Source: an uncultured Rikenellaceae bacterium (GTDB taxonomy: Bacteria > Bacteroidota > Bacteroidia > Bacteroidales > VadinHA17). From it: DNA of 55,653 nt. How positions within the stretch are numbered: the stretch's first letter is position 1; the number at the start of each line of letters is the position of its first letter. Both the position numbers and the translations under genes were made by a program. The stretch spans positions 1 to 55,653 of the forward strand of contig CAYLYN010000004.1 in NCBI GenBank assembly GCA_964387565.1, written 5' to 3'. This document shows positions 16,869 through 25,148 of the stretch, in pieces. The notes beneath the pieces were generated by a model. That model had not been told where the DNA came from. It made no database searches and saw nothing but the letters and a program-made list of their open reading frames with translations.

Positions 16869-18605
16869 ATGAAAAATTGCAGAATAGGCGTTTATGTCTG
16901 CATGTGCGGAACAAATATCGCCAGGATAGTAGATGTGGAAGCTGTTGCAGAATTTGCTGCAGGTCTGCCAAACGTTGTTACAGCGAAAACATATAAATAT
17001 ATGTGCTCAAATCCCGGACAGGAAATGATTGCACAGGATATTAAAGAAAATCAGCTTAACAGAGTGGTTGTGGCAGCCTGCAGTCCTAACATGCATGAAC
17101 GCACCTTCAGAAATGCACTGAAATCTGCAGGTATTAATCAGTATCTGCTTGAAATGGCAAATATCCGTGAACAATGCAGCTGGGTACACAAAGATCCTGC
17201 AGAGGCAACTGAAAAAGCCAAAGCACTTGTTTTCTCAGCCATCAAAAGGGTAGAACTTCATGAAGAGCTGGAGAGCGTATCTGTTAATATGTGCACAAGT
17301 GTACTTGTAATCGGGGGGGGTATTGCCGGTATGACAACAGCCCTGGAGGTTGCCGATGCAGGCTACCCTGTTCACCTTGTTGAAAAGGATGACCATCTTG
17401 GAGGGCATATTTCACGAGTTGATCTTACAGCTCCATATTTATATTCTGCCCGCGACCTTATTACTGAGCGAATTAACAGGATTGAGAAACATAATAAAGT
17501 TGAAGTCCACCTCAATTCAAAGCTTACAAATCTGACTGGATTCATAGGAAATTTCACTGCCAGAATTGAATCAGATAACGGGAAAGGGGATACGGAGAAA
17601 AATGTCAGGGAAGTAGAAATAGGAAATGTCGTCGTATGCACAGGTTATAAGGAATTCGATGCATCGCGCATAATCCATTACGGCTACGGGAAATTACCAA
17701 ACGTAATTACTTCATTCGAACTGGAGAGAATGATAAGGGCTGGTCGTATTGAAACAAAAGACGGGAAAATCCCACAATATGTAGCAATTATTCATTGTGT
17801 CGGAAGCCGTAACCCTGAGTTTCATACTTATTGCTCCAGAGTATGCTGCATGACTGCCCTTAAGTATGCCCATGAGATTAAGAATGCTAATCCGGAATGT
17901 TACATTTCAGATATTTATATTGACATGCATGCTTTCGGAAAAGGGCATGAGGATTTTTACCTGAAATCATCGGAGGCAAAAACACTGTTTCTGATGTATG
18001 AAAAGGATGACAGGCCGGTCATTCGAAAGGCCGGGCCTAAAGATGATTGTGAAATGCTTATTGAAGTAAATGAAAAACTCTCAGGAGAACATATCGAAAT
18101 TCCTGCCGACATGATCGTCCTTATGGTAGGCATGGAAGCACGGGAAGATTCTCATGAGATTGCACGTACTGTCAACATAAGCCAGGACAAAGATGGCTGG
18201 TTTATAGAGAGTCATCCAAAACTTGAACCGGTTGCTACAACTACCGATGGAGTTTTTATTGCCGGTACATGCGTTGCTCCAAAAGATATTCCTGATACAG
18301 TTGCCCAGGCACGAGCTGCAGCAGCAAGGATACTTGCAAGAATAGCAAAAGGCAAAATAGAGGTTGATGCATTATATTCTGAAGTAAATGAGGAGATCTG
18401 TTCCGGTTGCAGGTTCTGTAACCAGCTCTGCCCCTTCAGTGCAATTGAATTTAATGAGGAGAAAAGGCAAAGCCATATCATCAGTGCTCTGTGCAAGGGA
18501 TGCGGAGTATGTGTTGCGGGTTGTCCCTCAGGTGCAATAAAAGGCAGACATTTTACTGATCAGCAGGTACTTGCCCAGGTAGACGGATTACTTGTAGATT
18601 TATAG
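16869..18605 (+). CDS. hdrA: HdrA-like flavoprotein, paralog 2 (Cys-rich N-domain, C-terminal ferredoxin domain, no inserted ferredoxin)
   Basis: 578 aa. Canonical HdrA N-domain (IGVYVCMCGTNIA, YKYMCSNPGQ, VVVAACSPNMHE, IREQCSWVH), VIGGGIAGMTTALE, HCVGSR...YCSRVCCM, and a C-terminal 2x[4Fe-4S] domain (CSGCRFCNQLCP, CKGCGVCVAGCP). Confidence 0.88.
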   Translation: MKNCRIGVYVCMCGTNIARIVDVEAVAEFAAGLPNVVTAKTYKYMCSNPGQEMIAQDIKENQLNRVVVAACSPNMHERTFRNALKSAGINQYLLEMANIREQCSWVHKDPAEATEKAKALVFSAIKRVELHEELESVSVNMCTSVLVIGGGIAGMTTALEVADAGYPVHLVEKDDHLGGHISRVDLTAPYLYSARDLITERINRIEKHNKVEVHLNSKLTNLTGFIGNFTARIESDNGKGDTEKNVREVEIGNVVVCTGYKEFDASRIIHYGYGKLPNVITSFELERMIRAGRIETKDGKIPQYVAIIHCVGSRNPEFHTYCSRVCCMTALKYAHEIKNANPECYISDIYIDMHAFGKGHEDFYLKSSEAKTLFLMYEKDDRPVIRKAGPKDDCEMLIEVNEKLSGEHIEIPADMIVLMVGMEAREDSHEIARTVNISQDKDGWFIESHPKLEPVATTTDGVFIAGTCVAPKDIPDTVAQARAAAARILARIAKGKIEVDALYSEVNEEICSGCRFCNQLCPFSAIEFNEEKRQSHIISALCKGCGVCVAGCPSGAIKGRHFTDQQVLAQVDGLLVDL

Positions 18606-18635
18606 ATATTTTTTGCATTATTCTGACTTCTTTTT

Positions 18636-18667
18636 GCAATGTTTGTAGTTCCAACATTGCGAACTAC
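18636..18667 (+). terminator. two mutually exclusive hairpins after hdrA (possible terminator/attenuator)
   Basis: GCAATGTT(18636-43)/AACATTGC(18653-60) and GTAGTTC(18645-51)/GAACTAC(18661-67). There is no downstream T-tract. Confidence 0.25.
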
Positions 18668-18673
18668 TCTTAA

Positions 18674-19636
18674 ATGAGAATTAAGGATACCATTGATAAG
18701 ATACCGGGAGGTCTGATGATCATCCCCCTCTTACTTGGTGCACTCATTAACACCCTTTTCCCTCAGGCTTTATTGATAGGTGGATTTACAAGTGCTATGT
18801 TCAAACAGGGTGCTTTGCCTATTCTGGGAGTATTCTTATTCTGCATGGGATCGCAGATAAGTTTTAAAGTTGCTCCCAGGTCGCTTAAGAAAGGAATTAT
18901 CCTTACTGTTACAAAGTATGCTATTGGTGTTGCAATCGGACTGGGAGTGGCTAAAATTTTTGGTCCGGCAGGACTATTCGGGTTAACACCACTTGCAATC
19001 ATAGCAGCAATGACGAACTCCAATGGAGGGCTGTATGTTGCTCTTACAGGTGAATATGGAGATGAAACAGATGTTGGAGCTGTATCAATACTCTCTCTTA
19101 ATGATGGTCCGTTCCTGACTATGGTGGCTTTGGGATTATCAGGCCAGGCTGCAATCCCATTTATGGCATTTATAGCTGTAATAGTGCCTATTTCACTTGG
19201 TATGATCCTTGGTAATCTCGATCCAAAAATGAAATCCTTTCTCGCAGGAGGTGAAAAACTACTTATCCCTTTTTTTGCCTTTCCTTTAGGTGCTGCTATG
19301 AATCTTTCAGATGTATTTGATGCCGGTCTGTCAGGTATACTTCTCGGAGTAATGACAGCATTTATTACCGGCTTTGGAGGATATTTTGCCCTGAGAGCAT
19401 TCGGTGAAAGAAGGAGTATTGCAGGACTTGCAGAAGGTTCAACAGCGGGCAATGCGGTAGGAACACCTGCTGCCATTGCGGCGGCTGATATTTCATATCT
19501 TCCATTTGCAGCTGCTGCAACGGCACAGATTGCTGCATCCTGCATCATAACGGCATTGCTTTGTCCGTTCATTGTGGTATTTATGCATAATTACTTAAAG
19601 AAGAAAGAACTAGCTAAATCAATATTGATCCGGTAA
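18674..19636 (+). CDS. kdgT: 2-keto-3-deoxygluconate permease (KdgT family)
   Basis: 320 aa, polytopic. The N-terminus MRIKDTIDKIPGGLMIIPLLLGALINTLFP closely resembles KdgT. Confidence 0.8.
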   Translation: MRIKDTIDKIPGGLMIIPLLLGALINTLFPQALLIGGFTSAMFKQGALPILGVFLFCMGSQISFKVAPRSLKKGIILTVTKYAIGVAIGLGVAKIFGPAGLFGLTPLAIIAAMTNSNGGLYVALTGEYGDETDVGAVSILSLNDGPFLTMVALGLSGQAAIPFMAFIAVIVPISLGMILGNLDPKMKSFLAGGEKLLIPFFAFPLGAAMNLSDVFDAGLSGILLGVMTAFITGFGGYFALRAFGERRSIAGLAEGSTAGNAVGTPAAIAAADISYLPFAAAATAQIAASCIITALLCPFIVVFMHNYLKKKELAKSILIR

Positions 19637-19724
19637 TTATCTGATATTTGAAATCTTAGAGAATCCTTTGCAGAAGCTTGGTCAGCAAAGAAAAGAATGA
19701 TTGAGACCCTTATCCCTGATTATA

Positions 19725-21218
19725 TTAATCTGCCTGAATTTTCTCTTTTGTCAGCCGGTTATTAACTGTCCTGAAGATATTCAGAGTATTCCCGTTTTTA
19801 AGTTCATCAGGTAATAATTCATGAGGCCAGTTCTGAAATGCAAGTGGCCTTACAAAACGCTTAATTGCATCTCCGCCAACTGATGTAAAACGTCCATCAG
19901 TAGTAGCCGGAAAGGGGCCTCCATGTTGCATACTCAGACATACCTCAACTCCAGTAGGCACTCCGTTAATGATAAATCTTCCACACAAATTTTTAATGTT
20001 GTCAACCAGATCGGTATGATTCTTCATATCATCTACTGTGGCCATCATTGTACAGGTCAGCTGACCTTCCATTGAGCTGGCAATACGTGCAAAATCATCC
20101 ATTGAATTACATTGAACCACCAGTGAATAGGGTCCGAAAATTTCTTCATGCAGCTTAGGATTATGCAGAAACTCGTCTGAAGAGACGGTAGCTATTGTAG
20201 GTATTCCACTGTTTTCACTCTTTTGCAGTTCAGATACTGCAACTATGGTAACTCCCTTTTCCTTTAGAATCTTATCGCGAAGACTCATAAAAGAGCTTGC
20301 AATATTTGCATGCAGCATTTTTGCAGGTGCAATTTTCCTTATTTCTTCGCCTAGTGATGACATAAATTTGTTTAAATCGCTACCCGCCAAACCAATAATA
20401 ACGCCCGGATTTGTACAGAACTGACCTGCTCCCAATGTGATGGAGGCAGCATACATTTTTGCTATTCCATCGGGCGATTCACTAATTTTTCCCGGCATCA
20501 TGAACACAGGATTTACACTTCCCATCTCTGCAAAGACAGGAATCGGATTCTTACGTTCATTTCCCCATCTGAAAAGCAGTGTCCCAACAGATAAAGATCC
20601 TGTAAACCCTACTGCTCTTGTATATGGATGTTTAACCAAAGCTTCACCTGCATAGTCAGAGGTGAAACTGATATGTGAAAAAATACCTTCCGGCATACTC
20701 ATATTTTGTGCAGCTTTCTGAATTAACTCTGCCACCATTTCAGATGTCTTCAGATGTCCCGGGTGGGCTTTAACTATTACCGGGCATCCGGCTGCAAGTG
20801 CACTAGCCGTATCTCCGCCACCTGTGGAATATGCTAAAGGGAAATTACTTGGACCAAAAACAACAACCGGTCCAAGCGGGACATTCATTTTCCTGATATC
20901 AGGTTTAGGAGGAGTACGATCAGGATCAGCAGTGTCAATCCTTGCGTCAAGCCACTCTCCACTTTCGCAATAATCCGCATAACTTCGTAACTGGAATATT
21001 GTCCTGGCTTTTTCATTCTTCAGCCTCGCTTCAGGAAGACTGGTCTCTTCCATGCAGGTTCTTATTAACTCATCACCTGTATTTTCCAGTTCCTCTGCAA
21101 TTGCGTACAGAAATGCCTTTCTCCTGCTTAATGAAAAGTTCCTATATAGTGTAAATGCAGTCCAGGCTTTTTGCATTACAACATCGATCTCTTTATTGAT
21201 AATTTCTTTCGATTCCAT
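19725..21218 (-). CDS. aldehyde dehydrogenase, alpha-ketoglutarate-semialdehyde dehydrogenase-like (XylA-type of the Weimberg route)
   Basis: 497 aa. FGPSNFPLAYSTGGGDTASALAAGCPVIVKAHPGH and GAGQFCTNPG (catalytic Cys) resemble KGSADH-type ALDHs. Confidence 0.75.
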   Translation of the reverse strand: MESKEIINKEIDVVMQKAWTAFTLYRNFSLSRRKAFLYAIAEELENTGDELIRTCMEETSLPEARLKNEKARTIFQLRSYADYCESGEWLDARIDTADPDRTPPKPDIRKMNVPLGPVVVFGPSNFPLAYSTGGGDTASALAAGCPVIVKAHPGHLKTSEMVAELIQKAAQNMSMPEGIFSHISFTSDYAGEALVKHPYTRAVGFTGSLSVGTLLFRWGNERKNPIPVFAEMGSVNPVFMMPGKISESPDGIAKMYAASITLGAGQFCTNPGVIIGLAGSDLNKFMSSLGEEIRKIAPAKMLHANIASSFMSLRDKILKEKGVTIVAVSELQKSENSGIPTIATVSSDEFLHNPKLHEEIFGPYSLVVQCNSMDDFARIASSMEGQLTCTMMATVDDMKNHTDLVDNIKNLCGRFIINGVPTGVEVCLSMQHGGPFPATTDGRFTSVGGDAIKRFVRPLAFQNWPHELLPDELKNGNTLNIFRTVNNRLTKEKIQAD

Positions 21219-21232
21219 ATTTCATGCCTTAA

Positions 21233-22555
21233 TCAGATTATTGAATTTAAGATTAATACCCCCATAAGTCCGATAAAGGAAATAAGAGTTTCCATAAGGG
21301 TCCATGAGAAAAATGTTTGTTTCAGGGAAATATTGAAAAACTCCTTGAACATCCAGAAGGCAGTATCGTTTACATGGGACATAAAAACACTTCCGGAACC
21401 AACAGCCAGAACCATAAGTTCAGGGGAAGCACCTGACGAAACAACCAGTGGAGCCATAATCCCTGATGCGGTTATTGCAGCAACAGTTGCCGATCCTATT
21501 GTAAACCTCAGGAGAGCAGTCACCAGCCAGGCAAACAATAATGGTTGCATCTGCCATTCCTTACTAAAGGATAGAATATAATCTGCTGCACCACTGTCGG
21601 TTAATACCTGCTTAAAAACCCCTCCGGCAGTAATAATCAGCAATATCATTGCGATTCCTGATATACCCTGGCTTAACCACCTCATCACTTTTTCCATCTC
21701 ATGTCCTGCCCGTATACCAAAAAACCAGGAGGCAATAATCACAGTTAATAATAATGCAATGTTTGCATCCCCTGTGAATAACAAAATCTTTCCCGGAACA
21801 GAGTCAGCGGGCAAGAAACTGGTTGCTACAACAGAAAGTGTTATAAGAATAACTGGTAAAAGAGCTATTACGAAAGAAGGGACCGCAGCTGGAAGCTCAC
21901 TCTCCGAGACATCTTCACCCTCTGCAAATAAACCGGTCAGACTTACCTTGATATTTTTAAGCAATCTTCCCAGATAGGGTCCTGCAAGGACTATTGCAGG
22001 AATGGCCAGGATAAAACCGTAAATCAGTGTTTTACCCATATCTGCATTGAAAGCTTTCACTAGAATAACCGGACCGGGGTGAGGTGGCAGAAAACAATGT
22101 GCAGTCGATAATGAAGCAGCCATCGGGATAGCAAGGTACAGCAATGGTAATCGCGTCTCCCTGGCTATTGAGAATATCAGAGGAACCAGGATTACAAAAC
22201 CGGCATTATAAAAGAGCGGTATACCAACAAGAAATCCTGTTAGAAGTAAGGACCACTGGATATTACTCACACCAAAGGCTTTAATAAGTGTCAGAGAGAT
22301 TTTTTTTGCTGCTCCGCTCGATTCCAGGATTTTGCCCAGTACAGCCCCAAGACATATTATCAGAGTCAAACCTGCAAGAGTGCTGCCTACACCTGTTTCA
22401 ATTGATTTGATTAATACCGAAGGTGACATTCCGAGAAATAATCCCGAAAGAACAGAAACGATTAAAAGTGAAAGAAACGGACTTACCTTTTTTATCGACA
22501 AAAAAATCTGTAAAGCAATCGCCAGGATAACAATAATGAGCATCATCTTATGCAA
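21233..22555 (-). CDS. GntP-family gluconate/aldonate:H+ symporter
   Basis: 440 aa, about 12 TM. GntP-like N-terminus and repeat organisation. Overlaps the upstream FAH gene by 8 nt. Confidence 0.8.
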   Translation of the reverse strand: MHKMMLIIVILAIALQIFLSIKKVSPFLSLLIVSVLSGLFLGMSPSVLIKSIETGVGSTLAGLTLIICLGAVLGKILESSGAAKKISLTLIKAFGVSNIQWSLLLTGFLVGIPLFYNAGFVILVPLIFSIARETRLPLLYLAIPMAASLSTAHCFLPPHPGPVILVKAFNADMGKTLIYGFILAIPAIVLAGPYLGRLLKNIKVSLTGLFAEGEDVSESELPAAVPSFVIALLPVILITLSVVATSFLPADSVPGKILLFTGDANIALLLTVIIASWFFGIRAGHEMEKVMRWLSQGISGIAMILLIITAGGVFKQVLTDSGAADYILSFSKEWQMQPLLFAWLVTALLRFTIGSATVAAITASGIMAPLVVSSGASPELMVLAVGSGSVFMSHVNDTAFWMFKEFFNISLKQTFFSWTLMETLISFIGLMGVLILNSII

Positions 22556-23375
22556 CAGTATTAATCAGTTTTCCTATAGAATCAATCATTATTACTATTT
22601 CATCCCCCGATTCTAAAGTAAAGGTGCCGGGAGGGACTATTCCCGTGCCGGTCATTATAAGACAACCATGCGGAAAACTGCATTCGAGATAAACATATTT
22701 CACGAGCTCTTCCAGACTTCGTTTCATCTGGCTTACAGTAATACTGTCTTCAAACACAAGCTGTTTAGCTCTGAATATCTGAAGGTAAATTTTTCTGTTC
22801 CTGTCAAATGGACTATCCGAGATAAAGACTGCAGGCCCCAGTGATGCACAACCATCATAAGTTTTGGCCTGTGGCAGGTATAATGGATTCTCGCCTTCAA
22901 TACTTCTGCTGCTCATGTCATTTCCGGCAGTATAGCCAACAATTTTACCTGATGAAGTTACAACAAGTGTAAGTTCCGGTTCGGGAACATTCCAGGTACT
23001 GTCTTTCCTTATCCTCACCGGGCTGTTATGGCCGGCTATACGAAAAGGATTACTTTTAAAGAAACATTCAGGTCTCACCGCTTCATAGACTTTCCCATAA
23101 AAATCGGCTCCTCCTGTAACTTTACTCTCCTCCTCCCTTCCGATTTTACTCCTGAGATATGTGACACCGCAAGCCCATAGTTCCTGCCGGCTGCCAATAG
23201 GCGGCAATACTTCACTTATGAGAGATGAATCACCGGGAATAAGTGTAGATATAACACTTAATGTATTTTGATATAAATTATCATCATTAATAAAGGTTTC
23301 CCAATCCTCATTTATAAGATAATAATGATCTTCTGCTTCAATAACTATCCCGTTAACTGTTTTGAATAACCTCAT
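22548..23375 (-). CDS. fumarylacetoacetate-hydrolase-family enzyme, 2-keto-3-deoxy-pentonate dehydratase-like (XylX/KdaD-type)
   Basis: 275 aa. FAH-fold C-terminal domain (ACGVTY, GNDMSSR, PQAKTYDGC, TGTGIVPP). The function is suggested by its position between an IlvD/Edd sugar-acid dehydratase and KGSADH. Confidence 0.65.
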   Translation of the reverse strand: MRLFKTVNGIVIEAEDHYYLINEDWETFINDDNLYQNTLSVISTLIPGDSSLISEVLPPIGSRQELWACGVTYLRSKIGREEESKVTGGADFYGKVYEAVRPECFFKSNPFRIAGHNSPVRIRKDSTWNVPEPELTLVVTSSGKIVGYTAGNDMSSRSIEGENPLYLPQAKTYDGCASLGPAVFISDSPFDRNRKIYLQIFRAKQLVFEDSITVSQMKRSLEELVKYVYLECSFPHGCLIMTGTGIVPPGTFTLESGDEIVIMIDSIGKLINTVA

Positions 23376-23404
23376 GACTTATTGATTTAAACAGGTTAAA
23401 TTTA

Positions 23405-25126
23405 TCAATGTGAATCCCTCATAACGACAGATCCTGATTCTCCTGCAAGAAAATCAAAATCACACCCCTTATCAGCCTGCTGTACATGCTGAATGAACAT
23501 ACTGACATAGCCGCGTGAAGCAACCGGTGGAGGCGGAGTCCACGAATTTCTCCTCCTTTGTAAGATTTCTTCTGACACATCCAGGTTCAGGCTTCTTTCC
23601 TTTACATTAAGCTCTATTATATCTCCATTTTCCACGAGTGCAAGAGTACCTCCTGCAGTTGATTCGGGTGAAACATGCAGTACTACAGTACCGTACGCTG
23701 TTCCGCTCATCCTTCCATCCGAGATGCGGACCATATCTGTGATACCCTTTTTTATCAGCTTCTGAGGCAGATCCATGTTTCCTACTTCAGGCATACCCGG
23801 GTACCCTGCCGGCCCTACTCCCTTCAGTACCATAATACAATTCTCATCTATGTCAAGGTCAGGATCATCAATCCTCTCATGGTAATCTTCCATACTCTCA
23901 AAAACAACTGCCCTGCCCCTGTGATGAAGCAGCTCGCCTGAAGTTGCCGAAGGTTTAATTACCGCACCATTCTCGCACAGATTGCCTTTCAGAACAGCAA
24001 TTCCTGCTTTTTCCTTAAAAGGATTTTCCAATTTTGCAATTACATCGTAGTTATAACATGGCGCTCCTTTACAGTTTTCGCCAATCGACTTTCCATTAAC
24101 TGTAATCGCATCAGCATGAATAATATCTTTAAGCTGATCAATTATTACAGGTAATCCCCCGGCGTAGTAAAAATCTTCCATCAGGTATTTACCTGAAGGC
24201 ATAAGGTTAAGCAACAGAGGCATATCACTTCCCAGCTTATCGAAATCGTCAAGAGTAAGCTTGACTCCTATCCTGCCTGCAATTGCCAGCATGTGAATTA
24301 TCAGGTTAGTCGAACCACCTACTGCTGAATTGATTCTGATTGCATTTTCAAATGAGTTCCTGGTCAGGATGTCTGACATCTTCAGGTTTTCCTTTACCAT
24401 CTCTACTATCCGGTTCCCGGAGAGGTGAGCCATTACTTTTTTTCTCGAGTCTACTGCCGGTATGGCAGCAGCACCAGGCAATGTAAGTCCAAGTGCTTCT
24501 ACCATTGTTGCCATTGTTGAAGCAGTACCCATCGTCATACAATGTCCTGCGCTTCTTGAAACACAACTTTCAGCTTCTACCAGATCCTGTTCCGATATGG
24601 TGCCGGCTTTCAGACCTTCAGAAAGCTGCCAGGTTGATGTTCCGGATCCAATTTCCTTTCCCCTGAACTTGCCATTAAGCATAGGTCCGCCGGGGACAAC
24701 TATAGTTGGCAGATTTACACTGGCTGCTCCCATAAGGGTTGAGGGTGTTGTTTTGTCACACCCGGTCAGCAGTACTATCCCGTCTAATGGATTTGCCCTG
24801 ATCGTCTCTTCCACATCCATACTTGCCAGGTTGCGCCAGAGCATCGTTGTTGGCTTCATAATTGTCTCACCCAGCGACATCACCGGAAACTCGAGAGGAA
24901 AGCCTCCTGCCTCATAAACACCACGCTTCACAATCTCGGCAAACTCCCTTAGATGTCCGTTGCATGGAGTCAGATCCGACCATGTATTGCAGATGCCAAT
25001 AACGGGTTTTCCTCTGAACATATGATCAGGATGGCCCTGGTTCCTCAGCCAGCTGCGATGAACAAAACCCATTTTATCATTTTTGCCGAACCACTCGCTG
25101 CTCCTTAAATAATAAGACTTCCCCAT
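23405..25126 (-). CDS. IlvD/Edd-family sugar-acid dehydratase (L-arabinonate/D-xylonate dehydratase-like)
   Basis: 573 aa. LRSSEWFGKNDKMGFVHRSWLRNQG, GICNTWSDLTPCN, LLTGCDKTTP, SRSAGHCMTMGTASTM: the pentonate-dehydratase subgroup pattern. Confidence 0.85.
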   Translation of the reverse strand: MGKSYYLRSSEWFGKNDKMGFVHRSWLRNQGHPDHMFRGKPVIGICNTWSDLTPCNGHLREFAEIVKRGVYEAGGFPLEFPVMSLGETIMKPTTMLWRNLASMDVEETIRANPLDGIVLLTGCDKTTPSTLMGAASVNLPTIVVPGGPMLNGKFRGKEIGSGTSTWQLSEGLKAGTISEQDLVEAESCVSRSAGHCMTMGTASTMATMVEALGLTLPGAAAIPAVDSRKKVMAHLSGNRIVEMVKENLKMSDILTRNSFENAIRINSAVGGSTNLIIHMLAIAGRIGVKLTLDDFDKLGSDMPLLLNLMPSGKYLMEDFYYAGGLPVIIDQLKDIIHADAITVNGKSIGENCKGAPCYNYDVIAKLENPFKEKAGIAVLKGNLCENGAVIKPSATSGELLHHRGRAVVFESMEDYHERIDDPDLDIDENCIMVLKGVGPAGYPGMPEVGNMDLPQKLIKKGITDMVRISDGRMSGTAYGTVVLHVSPESTAGGTLALVENGDIIELNVKERSLNLDVSEEILQRRRNSWTPPPPVASRGYVSMFIQHVQQADKGCDFDFLAGESGSVVMRDSH

Positions 25127-25148
25127 TTTATTAATAGTTTATAAATAA

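Noticed and set aside
13888-18605. The two hdrA genes as a recent tandem duplication
   Set aside because: Their domain architectures differ (inserted versus C-terminal ferredoxin domain, Cys-poor versus Cys-rich N-domain), and they are separated by the membrane subunit. They are old, specialised paralogs rather than fresh duplicates.
12383-18605. Selenocysteine (in-frame TGA) in MvhA or HdrA, as found in some methanogen and deltaproteobacterial homologs
   Set aside because: All three ORFs are uninterrupted, and the relevant positions encode Cys (DPCFSCATH; CVGSR/CSRVCC). No SECIS-like requirement is apparent.
18763-19572. 269-aa ORF on the minus strand
   Set aside because: It lies entirely antisense to the well-supported KdgT permease. 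Its Ala/Pro/Ser-rich low-complexity translation is typical of a shadow ORF.
21171-21581. 136-aa plus-strand ORF spanning the KGSADH/GntP junction
   Set aside because: It overlaps two well-supported minus-strand genes and is considered a shadow ORF.
24462-24917. 151-aa plus-strand ORF inside the IlvD/Edd dehydratase gene
   Set aside because: It is an antisense shadow ORF with no recognisable motif, and the opposite-strand gene has strong family signatures.
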